A DNA stretch of 64,000 nt from assembly GCA_963664405.1 (NCBI GenBank), contig OY761158.1, positions 6,240,001 through 6,304,000 of the forward strand, read 5' to 3'. The notes beneath the pieces were generated by a model. The model was not told where the DNA came from and ran no database searches. It worked only from the letters and a program-made list of their open reading frames with translations. Shown piece after piece: positions 9,034-18,479 of this stretch. The stretch comes from Thermoanaerobaculia bacterium. GTDB taxonomy: Bacteria; Acidobacteriota; Thermoanaerobaculia; Multivoradales; Multivoraceae. The position numbers and the translations under genes were made by a program. Every line of letters starts with the position of its first letter. The first letter of the stretch is position 1.

Positions 9034-9567
9034 CTACTCTCGCCCTGGCGGGTATTGCTTGAAAGCCTTGGACAGCGCCCCCCCCACCCTGACTCCCTTT
9101 TGGGGCTTCTTCGGCAGAACCTCCCGGATGATCGAGCGCCAGACCAGATCACCACTTTCGCCGTCGAGGAGGTCGACCAGCATCGCTCCTACAGGAACAT
9201 CGCTGATGTTGATCATGGTCGGACCCCAGGCTTGCCATCCCTTCCAACGCACCCCCGCGTAGCCGAGACTGTTGACATAGACCGGATTCTCTGGGTCGAT
9301 GCGAGAGTGCGTGACGACGACCAGATCGGTATCCCCCTCGCCGTGGCTGAGCCCCTTCTCGACCAGAATCTTTTCCATGGCTTGATCGATCTGGGCTTGC
9401 GCCTTGGCGAAGGGTATCGGTGTGCCCGCGCGGAAGCTGAAAGTGCTATAGGCCTGAAAGTCGGTCTGGCGGGACCAATCCGAAGCGACATTGGCCGCGA
9501 ATGCCGGGAGTGCCGCGAGGGCTACTAAGAGTGTAGAGATGTAGGCGTGCTTCATCATTGTGAACAA
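9034..9567 (-). CDS. DUF4136 domain protein
   Basis: Signal peptide; D.....DF..Y.TF.F, G.L.VDL.D..SG.LVWR and F..YPP motifs. Confidence 0.8.
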   Translation of the reverse strand: MFTMMKHAYISTLLVALAALPAFAANVASDWSRQTDFQAYSTFSFRAGTPIPFAKAQAQIDQAMEKILVEKGLSHGEGDTDLVVVTHSRIDPENPVYVNSLGYAGVRWKGWQAWGPTMINISDVPVGAMLVDLLDGESGDLVWRSIIREVLPKKPQKGVRVGGALSKAFKQYPPGRE

Positions 9568-9572
9568 TTCTA

Positions 9573-11909
9573 CTAGTCCGCCACCTCTCTCTCGATCTGG
9601 CGGAGCAGATTCTGCAGATTTGGATCTCGCGGCTCCAGCTCCACGAGCTTGCGCGCCCAGGCCAGTGCCTGCTCACTGCGCCCGTCTTTTCGAGCGTAGG
9701 TCACCAGGGCAATGAGAATGTCGCCATCCGTCGGCGAATGATAATGAGCTTGCTCCAAGGTCTCGAGCGCATCGGAGACCCGCCCCACGCTTTCGAGAGC
9801 TACGCCGTAGACATAGCTGTAGCGCGCGTCAGCAGTGCCGAGTACCACCGCTCGCTCGAGCTCCACAATAGCCTCGTCCAGACGCTGTTGCCGCGCGAGA
9901 AGGAGGCCCAACGAGTGGTGGGTCTCGGCGTTCTCCGGAGCGATCTCGAGCGCTTGGCGCAGCAGCAGCTCGCCCTTATCGTCGGCCCCTTGAAGACGGT
10001 GTAGGTCGGCGAGGTTGACGAAGGCAGGAAGAAACCTCGGGTCGAGCTCGAGCGCTCGCTCGTATGAGCTCCTGGCCTCCGCCAGGTCGCCTCGTTCACC
10101 CGCGACCAGCGCCAGGTTGAGCCAAGCTTCGGGGCGGTCGGCGTTGACCCATTGCGCCGCCTCGTACTCGCTGAGGGCGCCTTCGAGCGCCGAGCTCTGT
10201 GCCCGATCGAGTAGCTCCGCCGGCGCCGAGACGAGTGAGCGGGCAGCCTCGACTCGCACCGCGCGGACCGAGTCCGAAAGTAGAGGAGATATCAAAGTGA
10301 CCCGCTGCGCAGGCTCGATCGAAGCGCCGGCGCCAGCCGCGGCGGCTCGAAGCAGAGGCTCCGGGTCATGGAGGGCGAGCTCGACCGCCGGCAGCAGTTC
10401 ACGGCTTCTGAAATCCGCCAGAAGATCCATGGCCGTAGCCCTTACGATGCCAGAGGATCCGGCGTCTGCGACGAGTCCGGCCAGACTGCGATCCGCTCCA
10501 GCTCTCCCGGCTCTGGCGGCACGGAAGACTTCACCGTAGTGCGGTTCTAGGCTCCGGGCTTCACCCCACCACCGCCGTGCGGCCGCAGCAGCCCACTCGG
10601 CTCCGTTCTCCTGATGACAGCCGGTGCAGGCATCGGGGGCAGCGAGAGTGGCAGCGAGGTCCGGGCGCGGCACGCGCAAGCTGTGGTCGCGGCGAGGATC
10701 CACCTGCATGTAAGTGCGCTCCGGCATGTGGCACTCGACGCAGGCGGCACCGGGAGTACCGGGCTGGTGCTGGTGGTGCTCGGGGGTATCGAAGATCGTG
10801 GGCAGGTGACAGCCGGCACAGACTGAGTTGCCCTCACCGCGGACGCGCAGACTGTGCGGGTCGTGGCAGTCGCTGCAGGTGACTCCAGCGTTATACATCT
10901 TGCTTTGCAGGAACGAGCCCCATACGTAGACTTCATCGCGGATCTGGCCGTCATCGAAGTAGAGGTGCTCCTCGAGGAGGGCCGGGCGAAAGCCATCGAG
11001 GAAGGCCGCTTGGTGTCGGTAGGCGCCGCTGAGCGAGGAACGGCGCGAGTGGCAGCGGGCACAGACGTCGAGCTGAGGGCGCGTCAGACGCTCGCGCGAC
11101 CGGTGTGCGACTCCGGTCGCCGGGTCCATCACCCATTCGGCTTCGTTCTCTTCTCGCAGGCGTACCGTGAGACCCGACATCGGGGCCTCGTAGGCGTCAG
11201 CGGTGCCGGCGGCGCGGGCCCACGTCACATGGTTCGATGCGGGTCCGTGGCAGGCCTCACAGGCAACGTCGATCTCCGACCAGCTGGTGTCATAACTGTT
11301 GCTTGCCGCGTCGTAGTTCTTCTCGAGGTTGGTCGAGTGGCATTCGGCGCACATGAAATTCCAGTTCATGTCGAGGCCGGTCCAGTGGAGTCGATCTTCT
11401 GGTGGAAGGTTCTCTTCCGGGTAGAGATGAAACCACCGCTGCCCGCCGTCCTCGCGCGCTCGCGCATCCCAGGCGATCGACAGCGCTTGCAGGCGGCCGC
11501 GGTCCATCGGGATCAGATACTGCTGAAGTGGAGTGACGCCAAAAGTGTAGGCGACCTCGAAGTCTCTCAGGCTTCCGTCCTCACCCTCGGTGCGGACAAC
11601 GTACGCGCCATCCCGCCGAGTGAAGGTGGAAGTGATTCCTCCTTGTTCGAAGGTCGCGTCATCGAAGTCGCCGAGTACGGTGTCTTCGCCGGCTTCGGCC
11701 ATCGCCAGATCGTGATGTGAGCCCTGCCACAGATCGCTCTGCTGACGGTGGCAGGCAACGCAAGATTGTGATCCGAGGTAGGTCGCGCCGGCTGTCGGGG
11801 CGCGACCCGGCGCGGGCGCTGTCGAGTCGGTGCCGGGCTGCTCGCTGCTACAGGCGCTGAGGCCGAGAACGAAAAGCAGGCTCCTAGCGATTATCACTCC
11901 ACTTGGCAT
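9573..11909 (-). CDS. Multiheme (8 CxxCH) c-type cytochrome lipoprotein with HEAT and TPR repeats
   Basis: LSAC lipobox; CVACH, CAECH, CEACH, CARCH, CSDCH, CAGCH, CVECH, CTGCH; C-terminal HEAT/TPR repeats. Confidence 0.9.
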   Translation of the reverse strand: MPSGVIIARSLLFVLGLSACSSEQPGTDSTAPAPGRAPTAGATYLGSQSCVACHRQQSDLWQGSHHDLAMAEAGEDTVLGDFDDATFEQGGITSTFTRRDGAYVVRTEGEDGSLRDFEVAYTFGVTPLQQYLIPMDRGRLQALSIAWDARAREDGGQRWFHLYPEENLPPEDRLHWTGLDMNWNFMCAECHSTNLEKNYDAASNSYDTSWSEIDVACEACHGPASNHVTWARAAGTADAYEAPMSGLTVRLREENEAEWVMDPATGVAHRSRERLTRPQLDVCARCHSRRSSLSGAYRHQAAFLDGFRPALLEEHLYFDDGQIRDEVYVWGSFLQSKMYNAGVTCSDCHDPHSLRVRGEGNSVCAGCHLPTIFDTPEHHQHQPGTPGAACVECHMPERTYMQVDPRRDHSLRVPRPDLAATLAAPDACTGCHQENGAEWAAAAARRWWGEARSLEPHYGEVFRAARAGRAGADRSLAGLVADAGSSGIVRATAMDLLADFRSRELLPAVELALHDPEPLLRAAAAGAGASIEPAQRVTLISPLLSDSVRAVRVEAARSLVSAPAELLDRAQSSALEGALSEYEAAQWVNADRPEAWLNLALVAGERGDLAEARSSYERALELDPRFLPAFVNLADLHRLQGADDKGELLLRQALEIAPENAETHHSLGLLLARQQRLDEAIVELERAVVLGTADARYSYVYGVALESVGRVSDALETLEQAHYHSPTDGDILIALVTYARKDGRSEQALAWARKLVELEPRDPNLQNLLRQIEREVAD

Positions 11910-11966
11910 CGGCGATAGTCTAGACTAGGCGCCCGCGCGGCAGACCCTGGCGAGGTGGGATGGGAC

Positions 11967-11998
11967 AAAACCTGGCAACCGTTAGGTAGCCAGGTTTT
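11967..11998. promoter_or_regulatory. Inverted repeat in a divergent intergenic region (operator or REP-like)
   Basis: AAAACCTGGCAACC-gtta-GGTAGCCAGGTTTT, 13/14 stem. Confidence 0.45.
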
Positions 11999-12030
11999 TC
12001 CGCGCCAGTGCTTACTCAAGAGGATTTTAG

Positions 12031-12915
12031 ATGCGAAAGCTTCTCAAGGAGCCACTCTTCCATTTTCTCGCTCTCGGCGTCGCGCTCTTCGTGGTGTTTG
12101 GGATGTTCGGAAAGCGCGACTTCAGTGATACCTCGGTAGTGCGAATTACTGAAGAAGACATCAATCGGATCGCTGCGACCTGGGAGGTCCAATGGCGGCG
12201 GCCTCCGACTCCGCAGGAGCTGTCCGGTCTGGTCAAACAGCACATTCGTGAGGAGCTTCTGTTCCGTGAGGCGATGGCGCTGGGATTGCAGAAAGACGAC
12301 ATTATCGTTCGCCGCCGGCTGGTCCAGAAGATGGAGTTTCTCTCTGAAGACCTGGCCGTTCAGCAGCCCCCGAGTGAAGAGGAGCTGCAGGCGTTTTTCG
12401 CCGACAATCAGGATCTTTTCCAGCTTCCAGCAAGAGTGAGCTTGACTCATGTCTATTTCAGTCGCGACCGCCGCGGCGAGAAGGCGCAACAAGACGCCAA
12501 AGCGGCCCTTGCGGAGCTCGGGAAGGACGGCGACGCCGATACCGCGAGCCTCGGTGATCGCTTCATGCTGCAACGTCACTACGCGCAGAGGACCGAGCAG
12601 GATCTCTCCCAACTCTTCGGGCGAGACTTTGCCGCCTCGGTCTTTACTCTCGAGCCTCAGCTTTGGCAGGGACCGGTCGAGTCCGGCTACGGCCTCCACC
12701 TCGTCCGCGTCGAGGAGCGAATCGAAGCGCGCTTTCCGGAGCTATCCGAGGTGCGTAAGGATGTAGAGATGGAGCTGGTGGCGAAGCTGAGGAAGGACGC
12801 CAACGAGTCGTTCTACGTCTCCCTTCGGGAGCGTTACGATATCGAGGTTGAGGGCTTTGGCATGGAGCAGGCGGATGCCGGCGACCTCTCCGCCGAGCCC
12901 GAGGCTGCGCGATGA
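12031..12915 (+). CDS. PpiC-type peptidyl-prolyl isomerase family protein
   Basis: KEPLFHFL, REA.ALGL...D.IVRRRL.QKMEF and WQGPVESGYGLHLV motifs. Confidence 0.9.
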   Translation: MRKLLKEPLFHFLALGVALFVVFGMFGKRDFSDTSVVRITEEDINRIAATWEVQWRRPPTPQELSGLVKQHIREELLFREAMALGLQKDDIIVRRRLVQKMEFLSEDLAVQQPPSEEELQAFFADNQDLFQLPARVSLTHVYFSRDRRGEKAQQDAKAALAELGKDGDADTASLGDRFMLQRHYAQRTEQDLSQLFGRDFAASVFTLEPQLWQGPVESGYGLHLVRVEERIEARFPELSEVRKDVEMELVAKLRKDANESFYVSLRERYDIEVEGFGMEQADAGDLSAEPEAAR

Positions 12916-13904
12916 AGCGAGCGATCTTCGTTCTCTGCGGGCTGTTTTTGAGCGGCCAAGCGGCCTTTGGTCACGAGGTCAGGCCCGGCTATCTCGAGAT
13001 CCGAGAGACCGCTGCCGAGAATTTCGCCATTTTGTGGAAGATGCCTACTCGCAACGGCATGCGTTTGCCTCTAGAACCACGCCTGCCCGAGAACTGTACC
13101 GAGATCGGAACGCGCTTCGGCTACGAAGCCCCGGGGGCTGTCATCGAACGGTGGACGGTTGGTTGCGAGGGTGGCATCGTTGGCCACGAGGTCGCGATCG
13201 ACGGGCTAGTGGTGACTCTCACGGACGTCTTGCTTCGTTTCGAGCCTCTCGAGGGTGGGGTTCAGACGGCTCGACTGCGACCGAACAAGGCCAGCTACCT
13301 GGTTCCGGCTGAACCGAGCTTGACCGAGGTAGCCCGTACCTACTTGACGCTGGGGGTCGAGCACATCTTGGGCGGTATCGACCACCTGCTCTTCGTGCTC
13401 GCTCTGCTCATGCTGGTGAGTGGAAAGCGAAGGGTGATCGCGACCGTAACCGCGTTTACGGTGGCACACAGCATCACTTTGGCCCTCGCGACATTGGGCT
13501 TCGTGCACGTTCCTCCAGCGCCGGTCGAGGCGGTGATCGCGTTGTCGATCCTCTTCCTGGCTACCGAGATCGTTCACGGCCGCCGGGGACGCCCGGGCTT
13601 GACGGAGCGCGCTCCGTGGGTCGTAGCCTTCACCTTCGGACTTCTCCACGGCTTTGGCTTTGCCGGCGCTCTCTCTGAGGTCGGTTTGCCGGACTCGGCG
13701 ATCCCCGTGGCCCTGCTTCTCTTCAATGTGGGCGTAGAAGTCGGTCAGCTACTCTTCGTCTTCGCCGTTCTGATCTTGGCGCTGGTGTGGAAGAAGCTAC
13801 CGCTCGCGACGCCGCGATGGGCCTGGGCGGTGCCGACCTACGCCATCGGCACCCTGGCGGCCTTCTGGACCGTCGAGCGCATCCTCTCCTTCTGGGCCCC
13901 CTGA
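12912..13904 (+). CDS. HupE/UreJ family membrane protein
   Basis: EHIL.G.DHLLF, TAFTVAHSITL, FGLLHGFGFA and FNVGVE.GQ motifs. Confidence 0.92.
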   Translation: MKRAIFVLCGLFLSGQAAFGHEVRPGYLEIRETAAENFAILWKMPTRNGMRLPLEPRLPENCTEIGTRFGYEAPGAVIERWTVGCEGGIVGHEVAIDGLVVTLTDVLLRFEPLEGGVQTARLRPNKASYLVPAEPSLTEVARTYLTLGVEHILGGIDHLLFVLALLMLVSGKRRVIATVTAFTVAHSITLALATLGFVHVPPAPVEAVIALSILFLATEIVHGRRGRPGLTERAPWVVAFTFGLLHGFGFAGALSEVGLPDSAIPVALLLFNVGVEVGQLLFVFAVLILALVWKKLPLATPRWAWAVPTYAIGTLAAFWTVERILSFWAP

Positions 13905-13938
13905 ACGGGGCGCGGGGCGGGGCGGGGCCGGCCGCGGA

Positions 13939-14413
13939 GGGGCGTCGGCGGCCGGGCTGCTTCGCGGGTGGCAAAAGGCTGGGTAGGGATGCGGACTGGA
14001 GACTGTAGAATTATGCTTCGCAGCCCGGCCCCCGACGCCCCTTGGGAGCGGCCTTCCACGCTGCCCTGACAGCGGGGACTCTCCCAGGCTCAAGGAGAGA
14101 GGAGTCGAGTGGAGGCGCAGCGCTGCTGGCTGCTTCGCGGGTGGCGAAAGGCTGGGCAGGGATGCGCACTGGAGACTGTAGAATTATGCTTCGCAGCCCG
14201 GCCCCCGACGCCCCTTGGGAGCGGCCTTCCACGCTGCCCTGACAGCGGGGACTCTCCTAGGTTCAAGGAGAGGAGTCGAGTGGAGGCGCAGCGCTGCTGG
14301 CTGCTTCGCGGGTGGCGAAAGGCTGGGTAGGGATGCGGAGTGGAGACTGTAGAATTATGCTTCGCACCCCGGCCCCCGACGCCCCTGTTTGCGGCCTCCC
14401 TCCCTGCCCTGAC
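13939..14413. repeat. ~172-bp tandem repeat, about 2.7 copies
   Basis: GACTGTAGAATTATGCTTCG at 14001, 14174 and 14345; 22-bp inverted repeat 13939-13960/14020-14041. Confidence 0.9.
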
Positions 14414-14519
14414 GAGGAAGGGGAGCCCAGAAGGGAGCTCGCGGGAGCTACCAGGGTTCTTCGTGGGCCGTAGAGGGACTGCTGTCGAGCAGAGGAGTGC
14501 GCCCGTCCTCGGGCGCACT

Positions 14520-14760
14520 CCACGCGCCGTCCTCGGCGCCATGTAATCAGAAGAAAGGGAGTGGTATTCACCACTCCCATCCACGCGCCGTCCTCGGCGC
14601 CATGTAATCAGAAGAAAGGGAGTGGTATTCACCACTCCCATCCACGCGCCGTCCTCGGCGCCATGTAATCAGAAGAAAGGGAGTGGTATTCACCACTCCC
14701 ATCCACGCGCCGTCCTCGGCGCCATGTAATCAGAAGAAAGGGAGTGGTATTCACCACTCC
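14520..14760. repeat. 61-bp tandem repeat x4
   Basis: Identical units CCACGCGCCGTCCTCGGCGCCATGTAATCAGAAGAAAGGGAGTGGTATTCACCACTCCCAT with no spacers. Confidence 0.95.
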
Positions 14761-14769
14761 CTTTCTTCT
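14732..14769 (-). terminator. 17-bp-stem hairpin at the OmpW-like gene stop (terminator-like)
   Basis: AGAAGAAAGGGAGTGGT-attc-ACCACTCCCTTTCTTCT perfect stem. Confidence 0.65.
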
Positions 14770-16081
14770 AGAAGCGGTAGGAGGCTCCGAACATCAGGAT
14801 CAGTGGGTCCATGCCTACCTCGAGCTCGAGCTCCTCGTTCTCGGGGACTGTGATGAGGCGGCCGAAGTCGGGGTCGACCTCTAGGGCCATGTAGCGTAGG
14901 CCGGCGTGGAACATCCAGCATCCTGCCGGGCAGGCCGGGACGTCGATGCCGATTTGTGCGCCGTAGACGAACTCGTTGTCCATCTGGCCCGTTAAGCGCT
15001 CGCCGAAGATGTTGAAGTCGGCTTCTCCCAAATCCGCCCAGCCGACCAAGGGACCGATGTAGAGATCGGCCTTGCTGTCGCTGTCGGTGAGGTGGAAGTT
15101 CGCACCGATGGTCAGCGCGAACCATCCGTAGTCGTCCTCGTCCATACCCCACTCTTCGTCGAGATCGAGCATGTACTCCATCTCGCTCTGGAGATAGGTG
15201 AGACTGGCCTCGATTCCGAGTCTGGGTCTGACTTGGTACTCGGCTCCGACACCGAGCCCGTAACCACCATCCACCTTCATGTGCTCGCGCTGCTGCTGGA
15301 AGGATCCAGACACACCCGAAAAGCCTGTTGAAGTACCGTCGAGGTCGACGGTTCGGCGTGCATCGCCGGAAGCGTTCAACGCGGCTCCGAATAGACGGAG
15401 CGTCCAACGGCTGTCAGCGACGGGCTCCGGTTCCGGCTCGGGTTCCGGGGCTGGTGGTGGCGGCGGCGGCGGTGGTGGCGGCGGCGGGGGTGGTGGAGCT
15501 GCCGCTTTCTCGCGCTCAGCTCGGCGTTGGCGCTCCTGCTCTTCTCGCTCCATTCGCTCGGCTTTCAGGCGTGCCGGTGAAGGCTCGAAAGCGATGAGAG
15601 ACAAGTTGCCGCAGGCCTTGGGTAGCGCGAAAGTGTAGAGAGTACCCTCGGAGTCGACTTTGAGCTCGAAGCTCTCGAACGGAGCTCTGCCGCCCCAGCA
15701 CTCGTCGATCTTGAGCGCGGGGACGCCCTTTTCGCGCAGTGCCATCCACATGAGGCGCTGGCCGATTGGGTAGGTGCGCTCAGTTACTCCCTCCCAGGAT
15801 GCGACCGCGGAAAAGAGGTCATCGGGGTCGCCCTCCCAATTGGCTTGACTGAGGATCGACTCCAAGTCGGCGCGCTGGTCCTGAAACAGGGCCTGCAGCT
15901 CGCGCTGATTGTCGACGGACTCGGGAGTGAAACGATTGGGCGTGCCGAGGCTGCGAATACGGCAGTCTTGCTCTTGCGCCTGAACTACGCCAGGAGCTAG
16001 GCCCGGCAATACAAGCAGAAGCGCGAGAAGGAGACTGCGCACACTGAGGCTCGACCACAGCGAACGGGACTCGGGTTTCAT
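14768..16081 (-). CDS. Outer-membrane OmpW/OmpA-type beta-barrel with N-terminal domain and polyproline linker
   Basis: Signal peptide, Cys-containing N-domain, ~15 Pro plus PEPEPE, amphipathic strands ending DPLILMFGASYRF. Confidence 0.8.
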   Translation of the reverse strand: MKPESRSLWSSLSVRSLLLALLLVLPGLAPGVVQAQEQDCRIRSLGTPNRFTPESVDNQRELQALFQDQRADLESILSQANWEGDPDDLFSAVASWEGVTERTYPIGQRLMWMALREKGVPALKIDECWGGRAPFESFELKVDSEGTLYTFALPKACGNLSLIAFEPSPARLKAERMEREEQERQRRAEREKAAAPPPPPPPPPPPPPPPAPEPEPEPEPVADSRWTLRLFGAALNASGDARRTVDLDGTSTGFSGVSGSFQQQREHMKVDGGYGLGVGAEYQVRPRLGIEASLTYLQSEMEYMLDLDEEWGMDEDDYGWFALTIGANFHLTDSDSKADLYIGPLVGWADLGEADFNIFGERLTGQMDNEFVYGAQIGIDVPACPAGCWMFHAGLRYMALEVDPDFGRLITVPENEELELEVGMDPLILMFGASYRF

Positions 16082-16688
16082 GTTGTTCTCCTGAGGAAAG
16101 GGGTCTTGACGTACGAGCTCGGCGATGTTCTCTACAGACCGTACCCAGGCATGGCGCCGCGCGCAGCTTGCCCGGCTCGTAAATATTAACCCCAGTTGCC
16201 CGCGTTTGTTATGTTTTTTTTTCGATTTGACTAGGAATTTGTGGTTCCCGGCCGCCCTGGTCGGAACGCTGTCTCGCCTGCGATCCGCCGGGATTCTCTA
16301 CCAGGCGGCGGCCATCGTTCGTTCTCTACCGGTGAGGGCGATGCCGGGCGGAGGAGGCTTGTCGGTGGGGACTCAGTGCTTGCCCCTCCTTCTCGGGCTA
16401 CCGAACGCAGGCTCGGCAGGGCTGTGGACGCGCCGTCCTTGGCGCCATGTTCTCTAGCCGAAGGAAATGAGTGCGATCGCCCGAGGGGCTAGCCGTGCAT
16501 TTCGCTGCATTGCACTTCTTGCCAACTGGCGCCCGAAGTCTTGATCTGTGCAGGGACGAAGGTCTTGTTCGGTCCCCAGTAGCCCTTCACCTCGACTTCT
16601 TTTCCGGCGAAGCCGGCACTGGTTTGCCGACCGGTCACGATCCGGAAGATCCTTCGCCCCTGAGCCTCTCCCCGCCCTGGCCCTGGGC

Positions 16689-17495
16689 TCACGCGGCAGG
16701 CGGGGGAGGGCAGCGATCGGGGCGGCGATTCGCCGACGCGGGAACGCTGCCGAATCGTCGCTCGCGGCTACTGAAGTCGTCGATAGCTAGGGTGAGATCC
16801 CGCGACTTGAAGTCCGGCCAGAGACAGTCAGTGAAGTAGAGCTCGGCGTAGGCGCTCTCCCAAAGAAGAAAGTCGGACAGACGCTTCTCACCACCGGTGC
16901 GGATGATGAGGTCGACCTCCGGAATCTCCAACGGAGAATGGCTGGCCTCGTGGATCGAGCGTTGAAAGGCTTCGGGGTCCAAAGGTTCGCCGCTAGGGCA
17001 CCTCGAGACCGCGGCCAGGATTGCGTCTCGACCCGAATAGTCCACCGCGAGACGCAGATGAAGGCGTCGTCCCATCGAAGTGCGCTGCTCCGCCACTTCG
17101 ATCGCGCGCAGCAGAGATGGGTGAAGTCGATCCCGTCTGCCGAAGACGCTAAGGCGAATGCCTTCCTGAACGCAACTCGAGCTCTCTTGGTCTAGATAGT
17201 CCTGGAGAAGCTCCATCAGTGCGTTCACTTCGCCTTGCGGCCTCGCCCAGTTGTCGCACGAAAATGCGTAGAGAGTGAGAGCCTCCATGCCCGCCTCAGC
17301 TGCGGCCCTGACGGTGCGCCGTACCGCGTGTGAACCGGCCCGATGGCCGAAGCTACGGGGGAGCCGGCGCGCTTGGGCCCAGCGCCCGTTTCCATCCATG
17401 ATCACCGCGATGTGGCGCAGAGTGCCGGCGGGTGAGATTTCGTCACCCGGTCTCCCCTGCGTGGCTGTCGCTTCAAGAGGTTCGACGGGTGGCAT
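16689..17495 (-). CDS. uppS: cis-Prenyltransferase (undecaprenyl diphosphate synthase family)
   Basis: HIAVIMDGNGRWA, LYAFS.DNW.RP, IRTGGEKRLSDFLLWE and RRFG motifs. Confidence 0.95.
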   Translation of the reverse strand: MPPVEPLEATATQGRPGDEISPAGTLRHIAVIMDGNGRWAQARRLPRSFGHRAGSHAVRRTVRAAAEAGMEALTLYAFSCDNWARPQGEVNALMELLQDYLDQESSSCVQEGIRLSVFGRRDRLHPSLLRAIEVAEQRTSMGRRLHLRLAVDYSGRDAILAAVSRCPSGEPLDPEAFQRSIHEASHSPLEIPEVDLIIRTGGEKRLSDFLLWESAYAELYFTDCLWPDFKSRDLTLAIDDFSSRERRFGSVPASANRRPDRCPPPPAA

Positions 17496-17865
17496 GAATG
17501 AGTGCCTCCATGTGGTTGAGATACCTCTCGAGCGCGTGGCGCCCGGCCTCGGAGAGTCTGTACTCGGTTCTCGGTACGCGCCCCTGGAAACTCTTGGTGC
17601 ACTCGATTAGAGCGGCGTTTTCGAGCTTGCGTGCGTGGACGGCCAGATTCCCGTCGGTAACTTGAAGCAACCCTTTCAGCTCCGAAAAAGTGAGGGTGGT
17701 ATTCACCGACAGTGCGCCGAGGATCGACAGTCGCACTCGCTGGGAGACCAGCCCTTCTGTGGGGTCGTTGTCCGCGGCCGGAAGGAAGCCCGGCAGCCCC
17801 TCGAGCCGTCGCGGCGAGGATGCTTCGGGCTTGACACCGCTGCGAGCTCCGCGGTGCTCAGCCAC
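17473..17865 (-). CDS. Winged-helix (HTH_34/MarR-like) transcriptional regulator
   Basis: RL.IL..L....LTFSELK.LL..TDGNL..H..KLE and K.F..R.PRT.Y.L...G motifs. Confidence 0.9.
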   Translation of the reverse strand: MAEHRGARSGVKPEASSPRRLEGLPGFLPAADNDPTEGLVSQRVRLSILGALSVNTTLTFSELKGLLQVTDGNLAVHARKLENAALIECTKSFQGRVPRTEYRLSEAGRHALERYLNHMEALIHATRRTS

Positions 17866-18472
17866 CGTATCTCCTGGCGATGATGGCGCCGAAGACGATA
17901 TGCAGGCCGCCGAATCCGGCTGCCAGTAGCGCGGCTGAGGCGGAGACCGGCAAGACAAAGGCGGCTGTGCCAAAGGCCATGAAAAGTGCCCCCATCATCG
18001 GCACGGCCGGCACCGAGAAGGCGCCTCCGGTGACCACTCCGGTGCCGTAGAGCAGGAGCCAGGTACCGGGTACCGCGTCGATCGCGCCGACCCGGATCAG
18101 GACGGGGGTGAGAACCGCTGCCGCAACCAGTGCGGGTGAGAGGTTGAGAAGGAAGCGCTGGCCGACCCCGCGAGACAGGCGCACACCGTCGCGGTGCGCC
18201 TTGCGCCAAGTGAACGAGCCGCCGATGAGGGCGGCGACGCCGGCGTCGACCAGCCATACCAGGAGCCAGTGCTCGCGCAAGGAGGGGAGAGAGGCCAGCC
18301 ATGCCGCGACCAGAGCGCTTGCGCCCATCGCGATGCCGCCATAGCCGGAGACCGAAGTGAAGGAGGCCGAGGACTCCATCGCTCGGCGGATGAATCGAAG
18401 ATTGTCGAGTGCGCGGTCGCGCATGACGACCGGCTGATCGTTTCTCTGCGCGGCCGACGGGATCGCGGGCAT
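17858..18472 (-). CDS. Integral membrane protein (about 6 TM), cotranscribed with the regulator
   Basis: AL.NL.FIR..ME, SG.GG and FGGLHI.FG motifs; ATG 7 nt after a -10 box. Confidence 0.85.
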   Translation of the reverse strand: MPAIPSAAQRNDQPVVMRDRALDNLRFIRRAMESSASFTSVSGYGGIAMGASALVAAWLASLPSLREHWLLVWLVDAGVAALIGGSFTWRKAHRDGVRLSRGVGQRFLLNLSPALVAAAVLTPVLIRVGAIDAVPGTWLLLYGTGVVTGGAFSVPAVPMMGALFMAFGTAAFVLPVSASAALLAAGFGGLHIVFGAIIARRYGG

Positions 18473-18479
18473 GCAGTGG

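Noticed and set aside
13723-14641. Multiple short ORFs with repeated peptides
   Set aside because: They are products of the 172-bp and 61-bp tandem repeats.
14520-14760. Possible CRISPR array
   Set aside because: Units are identical end to end with no unique spacers, and no cas genes are present in the window.
15452-15496. GGC/GGT microsatellite as a phase-variation tract
   Set aside because: It consists of mixed in-frame Pro codons encoding a linker.
16082-16480. Riboswitch or ncRNA in the long intergenic region
   Set aside because: No recognisable riboswitch consensus; only an AT-rich promoter-like tract and one REP-like hairpin. A covariance-model search would be needed to exclude one.
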